From the NCBI RefSeq assembly GCF_008831285.2, contig NC_045138.2:39494001-39558000 (forward strand): a stretch of DNA of 64,000 nucleotides, given 5' to 3'. Below the pieces are notes generated by a model, which ran no database searches, was not told the DNA's origin, and worked only from the letters and a program-made list of their open reading frames with translations. The position numbers were made by a program, and so were the translations under genes. This DNA is from Nymphaea colorata. Its lineage: Eukaryota. Position 1 is the stretch's first letter, and each line of letters starts with the position of its first letter. Of the stretch, positions 1 through 13,000 are shown in pieces.

Positions 1-2646
1 GGTATCGGATGTAATAAATAGGACTTTTTCTGCTTCTTAGTTAAGGATACTTCCCGTTACTTGAAGATCTTTCCTAAATTTCAGGCATGATCTTCCTAAA
101 TTGCTGGCATGATTTGGACATGGCCCAAGTCTAATTCGAATCTCGATTAAGCGTTCACGGTTCTTATGTGCTATGCCGTGGTGTTCGTTTGCTTTTCTTC
201 TGTTTGCTTAGATTGATTGAGTGCGCAGGTTAATCGGCAGCTGATTTTGCTTGTGTATCTGGTCTGCTCTTCTTTTTTTTCATCTTATGAGAAGGGGATC
301 TTGTATTTCTGGTTGGTTGAATCTAAACTTGTTTATAGGAGCTTTCAGGTGAAGGGTATCATTTGTTGCACGTTCAATACTTGCAGTGGATAATGCGTTA
401 GGGAATACTAGTTGTGTTGGTTAGAATTGTCACCTGGTTGCATTTCCCTTTCTGTTAGTGTGTAGTAAGCGGTTTACTGTTAATTTTTCTGGATATTTTC
501 GTGCATTGTGTCCTTACATGTTGCTTCTATTGAATGTCAATGCCGTTTTTTTTTTTTCTTTTCGTGTTTACTCGTACTACTGTGTACATGGTATGCAGGT
601 TCGTCCTTCTTGAATCCCTTTCTCCTATTTATTTCTTTGCACATGCTGTAGACTGTCATTTTTAGTCCATTTTTGGTTGTGTAATTGTTGTCTGATGTGA
701 GGTGTAGGAGATTGCCATTGCCTCAAATAAGCCGAAACATTTGTTTGCAATGTTTGGGGAGGAAAGGGGATTTTGAAATGTCTATTTTTTTATTGTTTAG
801 CAAATTTAAGTAAGATGATCCATTCTGAATCTTGATCCATCAGGTCTGAGATGTGGAAGTATTTTGCACGTAACATTCAAATTAACTTCTGTTAGCATGT
901 AAGGGAGAATCCTATTCTTTAAAAGAAGGAAGGTTCACGCCACGCTCGTATCGCAGTTCATCATATGCAATAGTAGGTTTATAACCAAAGACAGGATGTG
1001 TAAAACAAAAGTAATCATTCCCATTTGAATCGGTGTTGATATGATAATGGCAAGGCAATGATTTACACTTACAAAAGTGTCTTTCTCTGCATTGAGTTTC
1101 TAGCTTAATGGATGTTCCCATCTATTTTCAAGGTTAGCCTTGGAATTTCACTGAAGACGTGTAAAGAGCGCTTGATGCTTTTTCATTGTGATTATTTTCA
1201 TTTTGTGATATTTGACACGCCATCACTCCTCATAAATGTGACCTCCTTAGCAAGGTATTCAATCTTGAGATATAGTCACAGATTCTAGACTCTGCACAGA
1301 ACAAATGATGGGCTTCCAATCGATTAAGATGGATAGCTGTGGAACATCCTTAGCAATAGGTAACTCTGTGGCAGTGATGTCCACAAAGCTCAAACGTGCT
1401 AGTTCATAATTGTATCCTGAACCTTGGATGCAAATAACATGATAGACGGATAACATTTTGAGCAACAGAAACACTTGAAAAAATTGCCTGTTACAAATTG
1501 TAGCTTGCATTTTACTTGTTTACCTCCTGTTGAGGACAGCGCAAGAAATTTTAACTATAATGTTATCTTCTGTTCTTTGTCTCCTACTCTTTTAGCTGCT
1601 TAAAAATGTAGCCTTAGCTGTAACTACAATTGGAAAAAAGTGAAACTGTTAGAAGGGACCCAAAACATAGTTCAACGAGTGGGATTGCAGCCACGTGGTA
1701 GTGAAAATGTAACATAACTGAAAATCTTCTGCTGAATTTCTAAGGCCTTCCAGGCTTTTACCATGATATCATATGTTCATTGTGGATTTTTCAGGATATT
1801 CAGATATCTCATGAACTGAATAATCCTTGGAGGCTCTGGTGTCCTCCATTTTTTAGTCTATAGGGATGAACCAGTAGATACTAATTTGAAGTTGTTTTCC
1901 TATCGCTAGCATGTTTCCAGGTACTGTTTATCATTCCTCTAAATGCTGCTTTACCTCCTTCAGACTTATTTCCCTCTGACTTACTAGGTTAAGCTTTCAT
2001 AGAGAAATCAAGGGAGGCTGTCCTTGTGACTCTGTTACCAAATTTAATGAGCAGAATGGATTTGTAAACCTTGCAACCAAATTCTCTTGAAAGATAGTCA
2101 TATTCTAAAAATATATTTTCCTCTACTTCAGTAATGAAACCAATATTGACATTTTCTGTCTAGAATTTAGTTAAGTCACCAGTACTACGTCTCAGTCGAA
2201 CCCACCATTCTCTCTAGTTGACAACACTAATATATGGCCGAGATGGAAGTAAGTCTCAGTAGTGAAAAGAATAAGGTATAATGTAGTTGAGGCACCAGCT
2301 CATCTCTGTAAAACCAACCACTCTCTACTAATGTCTGAGCTGATTTCTCAACTGATCCTATAAATCTATCTTTACCATATCCACATATCTGCCATAATTT
2401 GTGTGGTTATATTGTATGCTTATTCAAGAATTCAAAGCTTTCTTACTGTTGACTTTGCCCATTTTCTTGCTTAGACGTTACTTTGAATTCTCAAGTCACT
2501 AAGTACTTGCTGTAATGCACCTTAAAATGTGCAAGACCAATCATCGTAAGACTAAAAATATCAATTACTCATGGTATTTCTGTACATGTTTTCCTGTTTT
2601 TGGATAACTTTGCCTGGTAGAATCAAGTTTGTGATCCATGTTGACA

Positions 2647-2883
2647 CAGTGGCGGAGCCTCATGTGGGCCTGTGTGGGTGGGTTATAAACTGATAGTGAA
2701 GCAGAATTTGTGTCTGGAGGTCCCACACACTGGATTCAGGTCCATGCCTCAAATATTTTATTTGATTATGAATCAGTTATCTGTCTCCTGATTGCACTTT
2801 GGTCACCAACGGGAGAATCTACTGCTCTCTCTTCAAGCCATTACTTAGTGCCCCTTAGCCTAAAATTTCTAGCTACACCATTG
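2647..2883. mobile_element. hAT-type MITE (237 bp) with intact 8-bp target-site duplication
   Basis: Left TIR CAGTGGCGGAGC; right TIR GCTACACCATTG (rc CAATGGTGTAGC). Identical TGTTGACA at 2639-2646 and 2884-2891. An 8-bp TSD with CA...TG ends fits hAT. Confidence 0.85.
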
Positions 2884-3629
2884 TGTTGACATAACCTTTC
2901 AACTACATGTATGAAAACAATTGATGGTGAAAATTTCTTGTCATTTATTTCTATTTAGTAGTTACCGAGCTGCCAATGTTGACTCCATTAATTAAATACG
3001 ACATTTCTATAACTTCATTCTTTTTACACCCATTGGAGTGACCTCAGGAGAAAATATGTACCCTATGGACATGATTTGCGCGGCTTTCTTTTGGTCATTA
3101 TTAATGTGTTTATGGAGGTGGTTCTGTTCCAAACTGGACGTACATGCCTGTGCCCTAGCTTTGGTAGTTTTTGACGTGCCTATGTGTGGTCTTATATGAA
3201 TGAGGCCACAAGGTAACAAAGAAAAGCTGTATTAGAAATGGTCCGTCAAAGATATTCTTAATTCTAGTGGCTGATGTGGATCGTCTACAGGACCATTGCA
3301 ATAATAAAGGTTAGCATGGTGTTGGGAGAAGACTTAGAGCCAAGGGAAAAACCATTGAAAGGTACGGAGAGAGGAAAATTTAGACTGGAAAACTACTACT
3401 CTGCAGGTGACTCCATCTAGCTAGTAGCGTATGTTGAGGATGATTTATGGTGGAATTTCTCTGCTTTGTTTAAGGTCTTCTGAGCTTCCACCATTTTGAC
3501 TGGTCAAGATAGTTTCAAACTGCTGCCACCTGCTTGAATGGGTCTAGGTTTTAGGATATACCTTGTCAACACTGAATTGTTTGGTTGCATCTGACTAACA
3601 TAGGGCCTCTTCTTGTTTGCTCTTTGCAG

Positions 3630-3674
3630 GAACGATACCTAAAGACACCTAAGAAAGAAGCACCAGCGACATGA
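3630..3674 (+). CDS. Probable terminal coding exon (ERYLKTPKKEAPAT*) of an unidentified gene starting left of the window
   Basis: Strong acceptor (ttcttgtttgctctttgcag, AG at 3628-3629) followed by a phase-0 frame ending TGA 3672-3674. Bases 2-3629 look like a T-rich + strand intron starting G|GTATCG at the window edge. Product not recognised. Confidence 0.45.
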   Translation, partial: ERYLKTPKKEAPAT

Positions 3675-4374
3675 AGATGGTGAAGGCAATCTCGAGTACA
3701 GCTTGGATGTCCTCTATGAAATGATCCTACTTTGCTGTTGACTAAAAAGGGGATTTGGACCGAGTTGCTTGAAAAATAAGCTGAAACCAAAAAACTGGTT
3801 GCGTCCACTCCTACTTTGACATCTTTTGGTTCTGTTAGAACATGTTTGGTTTATTGTTGACATGGTCCACTTATTTTCTGATGTTATGGCTCCTGGGTTG
3901 ATCAAATGTGTCGCCACAAATATTGTCTTGGCTACCGTCCTTGTTGCAGATGTTTTTCTTTTGGCTGCTTTTGTTGCAGATGTTTTTCTTCAACTCCTGC
4001 AAATGCAAACCTCACGATGCGAGAAGCGGAATTTTGCCCACCTAAGAAACCAAGGTGCAAACACGTCGATTCCTCGATATAGTACCTCAAGTAATCAACT
4101 AGTTCGCGTTTTGCTATTTATTCTCATGCACATTCCTGCGTCCTTTCCTTTAAGGAGGAGATCGACCTCGTCTGGCTCACTGGGACTGCCATACTTTTTG
4201 TTCTCCCCTTGTGGGCACCCTCGCTGGCTTCTCACTACCTCGGCCACCTTCAGGCTTGCCTCTTGTTACCTTGCTGCCTTCAGCCCTTCCGTACCTTACC
4301 TTCCCAACCAGGCTCTTTCGTTTCCTGGTCCTTCTCACTGAGACATTGTTTTTGCCGGCTGCCACTTAGGCCAC

Positions 4375-4538
4375 GTCAACTTACCTCCTGCTCGTTCTTT
4401 CATCACTTTTGGCCTCTTTGTCTGCTCTTCTCCACGCATACCCTCTTCCATGTCAACTTACCTCCTGCTCGTTCTTTCATCACTTTTGGCCTCTGTTTTG
4501 GCCTCTTTGTCTGCTCTTCTCCACGCATACCCTCTTCT
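4375..4538. repeat. Tandem duplication of a ~77-bp unit (second copy has a 12-bp internal duplication)
   Basis: tcaacttacctcctgctcgttctttcatcacttttggcctct...ccacgcataccctcttc occurs at ~4376 and ~4453. Confidence 0.85.
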
Positions 4539-4724
4539 TTGTCTGCAAGGTGTTTTACCTGGTAGTCTTGGCTTATCAAACTATTGGTGGAGAATCTGGG
4601 AGGAGCGGAATAATCGGGTTTTTGAAAGACAACTAATGCAGTTACGTTGTCTTGTGTGGTTTTTCTTACCAATTTTTTGTCAACTGGCTTGCATTTTGTG
4701 ATGCCAATGAATTTCCATTTTATC

Positions 4725-4725
4725 G

Positions 4726-4761
<36 letters not shown>
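4725..4761. repeat. (CT)n microsatellite
   Basis: Direct reading. Confidence 0.9.
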
Positions 4762-4978
4762 CATTTTGTGATGCCGAATTACCAGTTTTTGTTACCAATC
4801 TTCATTTTTTCTTTTGCTTTTTTTTTCTCCTTAATGATGTGAATGGAAAAAATGGAGGATGCTTTTTCGTTTCCAAGTTGTTATAATTGCGCCAAACTAT
4901 TGGGAAAGAACACTGTTAGCTTGCATTAACTAGGATCCCCTTCAAGGACCAAACTGGAAAAACAAAATCAAATCGTGT

Positions 4979-7357
4979 TCAATGGACCTCTTTGAACACG
5001 TTCAACTTCCTTGATTGAACCTTGTCAGTGGGCAGCGACTTGTTGCCTTCAGCTTCTGTTGATCTGTTGTATTCTTCCATTGCTTTCTTGTACGCTTCCA
5101 TCTCTTCTGCTGCTTTCTCATTCCATATCTTTTTGTCCGCCTCATTTAATTCCTGTTGGTGAGCCAAGTTCGTTTGGATTAGCACGTTTTAGAATGGGGA
5201 GAACAATGACAGTAGAGGCGAGATGATAAAACTACCTTCCAACGCACTGAAATGAGAGCGTGCAATGTGCTGTTGCTGACGCCTGGATTCCCCTCCATCA
5301 ACGTCTTTCTAGCTTCTTTGCTGAAAAGCAGGAAAGAAGTTGGTGGTTTCTTGGGCTTGTTGGTGTCTCTGTTCTCTTTCTTCTTCTTGTGTGTTGCCTT
5401 TACCTTCTGTTAGTATAAATAAAATGAAATACTTGGTCGAAAGTTTATGAACAACTGGATACAAATAAGACAAACATGGATCATCTAGATCAAAATAAGC
5501 GTGCCATTCAAGAGCCATGTTAATGATAGTAAAATGAATGAAAACGCTGACCTTGATTATCTTTTCTGTTTTTTCCTTCTTCTTTAGCAATTGCAACGCC
5601 TCCTGTTTCTGCACCTTGGTGTTCTCTTCCTCTTGCCGACGGATATTCTCCTCTTCCTGATTCAGAAACAGAAAGAATCATCTGGCTATTCGTGGACATC
5701 GGCCACTGCTGCTGATGGTTGAAGAAATTACCTCTGCTTTTTTCTGCTTATAGAGTTCCATTTCACGTGAATATTGTTCCTTTTCCTTCTTTGCAGCCTA
5801 ATTTTTTTTACCAAGAGAGTGAAAGTTCAGTAGTTAGGTGCAAGAACTTCGCATATATAGTAAAACTCTAATTGATGAAAAGTGCCAAGATTTGATGTTT
5901 TTACTTCTTCATATGGTGCCCTATCCTCCTCTGTCATGTTCTTCCACTCTTCTCCTACGATCTTGGAAATCTTCATGGAGAAGCAAGCCAGACAAAGGTT
6001 TCAACATTAAGGAAAAAAGTACCATGGAAAGGATGAATATTAAGAGAAGCATGCATCTTGCCGGTTCTGGTATTACCTCCAATACATTATTGTTCTGTGT
6101 AACTAGAGACGGCCTTCTTTCATTACAATACAAAAAGAAGGATGACAATGGCTTCTTGGGTTTCAAAGGGTCCTTCTCTTTCCTGCATATTGCAGAATGA
6201 AAATTTAATAGTAATAATAAATCCAAAGCAAAGCAAAGGATAAGACACCGAAGCAGAAAGGCTGAGCACGCCAACCTACCCTTTCTTCTTGGCCTCTTTA
6301 TCCCCATCCTGTTTGAACTGGAGATACTGCTCTAACAACTCCATAGCTATTCTCTGTTTCTGCTGTTCCATGAGCAGCTTCATTGCTTCATTCTCACGCT
6401 TCTCCTTCCCAACAATCTGCATCTTACGTTAAAAGGTTAAGAGAGGAAGAAAAAGAAGGGAGAGAAAACGTTTTAAGCCGTAAACTACGTCTTGCCTGTT
6501 GGTATGCTTGTTTATCAGCTTGGCATCTGTCTTCATAAGGCTTCTTCTCCTCTACGCTCAAGCTTTTCCATTTTGATCCAAGAATGTTGCTGATCTCCTT
6601 AAATTCTGCCCCAGGATTCTCGCTCTTCACCTGTAATGTCACACATCCAGAAAATGGGTAAGTTCAGAGAAACATGGTTCACATAAAGCGGAGGAGCAAG
6701 AGAACCGCAAGAGGAAATCAAGGTCACCTGATTCCACTGTTCTTTGCTCCACAAGATATATGCCGAGCATGGCTTCTTATCCTTCTTCTTCTTTGCTTTC
6801 TTCTCTTTCTTGTCCTTCTGCTTGTCTTCTGATGTGCTTGTGGGGAGTGCCTGATCCACCAAGAAAATAAGAAACAAGACATAAGAACAGAGTAGCAGCG
6901 AAGCAAGATATGTTAGAGAGAAGTTCTTGCTTAGTGTACTAACCACATTGGGATTGAACTCCTTCAGCTTCTGCAGCTTCTTAATTTCAATCTGGAGCCT
7001 CTCCTGATCCTTCCCTCTGATCTCGAGCTCCTCTTCCTTCTGCTTCAGAAGCGCATCTCGCTCTTTCAAGAGCTCCTCCGCTCTCTGTTTCTCCAGCGAT
7101 AGACTTTCGAGTTTCTCCTGCATCTTCTGCAACTCCACGGCCAGTGATTCGGAAATGTTCTTCTTGTTTTTCCGAGCCCCATGTTTGGGGTTCTCCTTGT
7201 CTGCAATTGGGATGGATGACAGCCCAACAGGAGAAGGTTCACAGGCATTACCGACCATGATATTATCCTCGTTCTCCGGGTTTTTCCTCGCCTTCAATGG
7301 CTTCCTTGATTTCTTGGGAAGATTTGCCGATTGCTGATCTGCAAGAATGGACGCCAT
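4979..7357 (-). CDS. 3xHMG-box: 3xHMG-box protein (plant HMGB6/HMGB13 type), ~498 aa, 10 exons
   Basis: Exons 7357-6944, 6850-6728, 6630-6496, 6416-6280, 6182-6077, 5970-5905, 5797-5732, 5656-5552, 5406-5236, 5152-4979 total 1497 nt and close in frame. Basic N-terminus and coiled coil (LQKLKEFNP), then three HMG boxes (KKPCSAYILWSKEQW; KPKKPLSSFFLYCNERR; KPKKPPTSFLLFSKEAR). Intron 3 is GC-AG. Confidence 0.93.
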
Positions 7358-7447
7358 GGCTGGGAAATTGAAAGGATGGCTTTCCTGCTCTGAGAGGCGG
7401 AAGACAGTAGTTGGCACTGTAAGTAGGATTGGGATGATGAGACTTCA

Positions 7448-7525
7448 TTTTATAAAGACGAATTCCAACGGGTAGATATGTTTTTCAAAATTCAAATTGT
7501 TCCCCACAAACGGTCGGCGTGACGG
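7448..7525 (-). promoter_or_regulatory. 3xHMG-box core promoter: TATA, MSA-like AACGG elements and CHR-like TTTGAA
   Basis: Minus-strand CTTTATAAAA 7448-7457; TCCAACGGGTA 7464-7474; AACGG 7509-7513; GACGG 7521-7525; TTCAAA (rc TTTGAA) at 7484-7489 and 7491-7496. Confidence 0.65.
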
Positions 7526-10047
7526 TCGAACCCTTCATAAGAGCCAGAATACTTTTATGGCGCGACCCGAGTTCGACTCTGAATGGGTCCAATGTCCACA
7601 GAGCTCCGCAAGCCACAAACAACACCTGCGTTTTAAACACTAGATCTGCCCTTTCTGTTTGATGTTGCAAATGGGTCGGACGCATTTTAGTATCCGATTT
7701 GAGTTTGCCTCGTTATTTACACATTTAAATAATTAAGGACATGTTTAATCTTCCAGACAGTGCTTCTGGAGTGTATGTTTACTAAGTGTATTTACATTCT
7801 AAAATGTGTGAAGAAAGTCGCATCTCTCACTGATTTTATTTCCTCACCATATGCTTAATTGTTTTTAATTTTGGGATTTGAACCGGATTATATCCTTCGA
7901 CATATCTGATTTAGTGGATGTTCAGTTGCCGCCACTCAGACTACTCGCATGCCGCTGGACAAGAACGATCCGTAAAGTGATAATTTCAGCTAAAGTTCGA
8001 TGAATCTAATAGTCACTGGCACCCCTGATTTCTTCTGGTTAAATTTGTCTCTCAAAAAAGTATCTTTTATAGAAGCTGATTTTGTTGCTTGCTTATAGAG
8101 AATGCAAAAAAACTTGATTTCTCATCAAATGCTTCCTGCATAGTTGGAGAAGGCAACTGTATGCATAGCAGGTTAACTTAAATCAGCGTGACCAGTTTTC
8201 TTCCCAACAGTGGCTCTTTTATTCTTGAGAGAGTGCTTTTTGTGCTTCTAAATAAATAACAGACATTGTTTTGGTTTACAATTGGCTTATTCAGAAGAAC
8301 AACAGACAAGTTGCCAGTGATTGAAGTAAAAGAGAAGCCAAACTATTTTGGGTTTAAAATTTAGTAATGGTACCTCAAATCTTTTTCCATTTGTTCTTTT
8401 CACCAGGTGAGGAGGCCGCTAGCTAAACAACATTAGCAGCAGAGCACACTATTGAATAGGGATGCAAACAAATCAGATCCAAGACAATAAAATGAACTGA
8501 GAGTGAAATAGAAAACGAATTCAGTAGCTTATAGATTGACGAATTCTTCAGACTAAATCAGAACCACTTGCAACTCTAGCATGAAAGAATAGTTTATGAC
8601 TCTAATTTTTCCCTATCATGTGCAAAAGAGAGAGAGGGGTAGGTGGCCGACGAAGTCTTCCACCAAAATCTCTCAGATCTAATACCAAACGCACGGCCGT
8701 TGTTATTTCCATTTTTCAAGAGCTTTCAGTAAATAGTTCCAATAAAAGGGTTGCTGGGAGGGTCGCTCCCTACTTTATTGCAGCTTTCAGTAAATAGTTA
8801 AATATCAGCTTCCAAGATTAGGTGACTTCTTAGTTCTCAAGCCCAACAAAGAACTGCTTCTCCACGCAATGTGAAGCACTAAACTTGTTATACTTGTTCA
8901 CCAACCACCATTGCTACGGAACATTGTTACCACCGTCAATTATTATGATTATTATGTGACACCGAGAGGAGGCATTTATTTATGCACTCCAAAAACTAAC
9001 CTCTAGAGTAGTGCATGCAGGAACGTAGTTGAAAGCTGCTGAAGACGATCATGCCAATGCAGAGAAATGCACATATCGATCAATGCCAACTACGAAAATA
9101 TTGACACCCTTACCTTGTTTTGTAACATGGAGGTTGAAAAGTAATTGCTGCCACCTTTCGCTTTTGCAATGAAATTTTCTTTTGTTTAACACTTAATTGG
9201 AGAGTTGAAGAATTCCAATTTGGAGAGTTTTTAGCTACTATGGCGAAGAACCTGCTGTCTTAATTGACACCACATGGAATTATTTTTGCTTAAAATTATT
9301 GCAGAATATTGAAGGAAGTCAATTTGGCAAACATACGAAATAGATTTTCTAAAAAAAAGGGGACGCGTACCCATAATAGAGTAACTTGGATGGCTTACTA
9401 GAGAGGCTGATCCTGCTCAAATGACGGAGATCACCAATGACAGCGGTACATGCTCCTCATATCACTGAAAGGTTGAATTTTTTATTTGAATGGAAAACAT
9501 TCGCATATAACTATTACAGAGAAAAGGCTCCCATGATTTGTTTTTCACGTGATTTGCTTTTATGATGTTCCGGAAGAAACCATGTGGATGTCTTATAAGA
9601 TTCATTTTTCCTTGTTTGGCAAGGGGAAACACCACAAGAATGATAATGTTGGTGAACCTTAGAATCTAACCGTACTCGAAGAACAGCTCCAATAAGACAG
9701 CCAAATAATACAAGTGGAGAACAATTCAAGAACAGATGAACAACACAAATCGCAGAGAAAGACCAACAACTCACCCACTACAATGGACGCTTTAGTATAC
9801 TGCGGTGACGAAGATAATCTTCACTTTTTGTCACCTATTTGTGGCGTTATAAAATCATCAAATGACTCGCAAACTGAAGTAGTGATGGCCAACAAAGTCA
9901 TGCAGCAACTGAGTACAGACAGGAGGATTTAATCTTCGCTCCTGTTGCAGATTTCTGCTCTGTCATCATCTTCCTCAAACTGGAATCCAATTGTCTCTGC
10001 AAATGATACAACCATCTTCACCTCAATCTGGTGATTGTTGAGGACGC

Positions 10048-13000
10048 TCAATCATCTTCTACCATCTTCATCAACATGTCATTCCAGGAGTCTATAGGTC
10101 CAGGCAGGCACCAATGCAAACAGTCGTTCTGCACCTTAGCATTTTTGTCCTGTGCAAAAGGATGGAGCTGTCTGTATGGCCCAGGATGCCCATCAGGCCG
10201 TAACAATGACAGCATGGTTGTGTCAAAAAGTTTAAATTTTGCTGTATTTGCTGTCTGCCTTTCAAGTGCTTTCTCGAATTGCTCTAGCTCAATATCTCGC
10301 AGGATCCTGTCCATATCACTGATGCTGATCTCATTTTCTTTGAATGGCCTAGTCCTTTTGCATGTTCCCCCACTAAACCACTCTCCATTTTCAAAGTGAG
10401 ATGGTGTTGAGGTCCTAAAAAATGTCACAACATTGTGCTTGGATGTTGCAATATAGTCAAATACCGATCCAAGTACCTTCCTGTAGGAATGCTGAAAACC
10501 AAGTTCAGTCAGATTCCTTTTTGGGCAATAATGGCAACCAACTATCTTCCCTTCCTCATAGAAAATACTGGTCTTCAGGAACCACTTGCCACCCGCAATA
10601 ACGACGAAGTCGAATTTCTCGAATTGGTCAGTCCATTTCTTGTCCAGAACATCAAGATGCAACTCAATTTCAGATGTTGAGACACCATTTATGTCCTCAA
10701 AGATATCTGCTTTTGCAAGAAAAGGTGACCATATAACTGCAAGAGTGAAGTTGTATGAAGGAAACTGCCAGGTCCGGGACTTGTATTCTTCGTCATGGTA
10801 AACATCAACAACTTCAGCCACCTAAGGCAAGATAAGTCAGGACTTAGCAACAAATGCAAGAAAAAAAAAACTTGAACCTAAATTTGTGGCCCAAAATGAA
10901 GCCTCAGGTCCACCGGTCGCATTGACAGAAAAGAAAATGCTAGTAATACAATGGAGCCAATTATATCAGAAACATTGTAAGACATTCTTTTCCATTTTTT
11001 ACTGGAAAACAGTAATGTATTTCTCCTCAAAACTTCAAACTTACCAACAAGACCCAAACTTTGAAAGTTCAGGAGACCAACCAAACATTGTTACAAGGAT
11101 ACTTGAACCAGTTTATGCATAAAATGAAATCTGAGAATCAGATTATTTGTGTTCAACACTTGTAAACTAGGTCATCCGGAACCCAGATGAATTCAGAAGG
11201 ATGACCATTTCAATGGACTGTGTAAAAGCTACACATCCTCATTGCAGTGCATATGCATGGAGTCATGGGCAGCATCAGTAAGACCCAACTTTCAATAACT
11301 GAAAGAAACATAACCAATCAACAACAAAACAAAATTCTTAAAGATGGGTCATTGTCTACAAGGCAACTTAGCAGGTCAAGGGAAGCCACACGTCCTCAAT
11401 AGTCAAAACTAGGTCATATTCATTAAGAAGAGTCCACCAGAGCTAGAAATGCCATCACACCTTTATAGTAATTAATTATCATTTCATAATATATGATGCT
11501 AATTTCTGGATTATCCCTTCTAGTGATAGGTTATAGACCAAGATGCATGTATTGTAGCTACACAGGTCGTGGCAGGTTTGGTATAGGAATCCATCTTACC
11601 ACAAGGCTATGAATTAACAAATTCTTTTTGAAACCAACAGTCCTTCTCTGACATTGCCAAAGTTTGATCTTCAATCCTACATGCCTCAGACAGAGCCAAG
11701 TTGCTTATTGAAAGGAATATCAAACTTGATACCAGTTTTTGAAAAGACATTGTTGAATGAAGCCCAAAAGCAGGACCGATTTCTTTTCTCGAAAAAAGAT
11801 ACCGTACAAAAGACAAAAGAAAACAGAGTTTGGCCAAGGAGAAATGACAAAGAGAGACTGAGACCAACATCTTGAAACACAAAACGTGGAAGGTGCAAAC
11901 GCAGGTGAGAATCATAACCATATGAGGAGTTGAGGACTAGTAATGCAAGTTCCCTCACAGAAACTAAAAACTAGTAGGTTGTAAACTGAAGCAACAGAAT
12001 TTGAAACAAAACCATGTACCATACGCAATGAAGCATTCAACAATGTAAACCTCTAGATGGAGCAGTCAAATTTGAGATCAAGAGGACAAGCGCATCAATG
12101 TGCTCTCCTTGGGATATCCAAACTCGTACAAAATTTGAGGGACAATTTACTTCCCACAAATCAAACAGTAAAGCACATTTTTCTAGGAGAAAACAATGGC
12201 AGCTGTGCCAGCTAAGTCTTAAGAACTATTCCATACCTGAGACAGAAGACAGAGGAAAGACTGAACATGGTTCCTGCTAATGGAGTCCCCAATAAATGCC
12301 CATGTTTTATTTCTCATCATCTCTAGAAATTTCTCTCCATCAAAAACCGGCATCTCGCAATACCGAGGCTTCCACCTCCAATACAGATAGTCTGAGTCTG
12401 GTCGCCCATTCTTCATGCAATTCTGATGATCTTCAATTCTCGGGCAAGTCGCGTTCGTATATCTAGGCCCAGATGGATAGTAGATCCAGTCTCCAACAAA
12501 AAAATCGCATTTTCCTGCATCAAATTGAAGCGTAGCCGAGATAAGCTTTACATGCATCAGAAGTGAAACAGAATTCCTCGATAATCAGAATCTGGGAAGC
12601 TCAAAATATAGAAAAGATATTCCCTATGATGTCACATGAAATGGCTCCACCATGAATGCAGCAGCTAGGGGCAAGAAAACATGACATGGAGGAGAAACAG
12701 CAAAAATGACAAAGAAGAAAATGGTCAATAAATCACATCCGAAGTTCACGGCATTTCCAGTCGCATAGAGTAGCAAACAAGCCAAGACAACGGCTGGTAC
12801 CAAAGTCCTTTTATATTTCCTAGTAGATCAACTAAAAAATATGGAACCAATTTAAATATAGTTTATGAAAATGGAAAGCAAATCCGCGACGAAAATCTGA
12901 TTAACATAATTGATTTCACAAGAACGCGTGAGCTAAATAAGTCGTATATGAATTATGAACTTCTCCTGGCTATTCTCAAACCAACAGAGGAGCCCAAAAA

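Noticed and set aside
3826..4798. Several 60-170 aa ORFs on both strands
   Set aside because: Driven by compositional skew, a duplication and a microsatellite; no recognisable protein.
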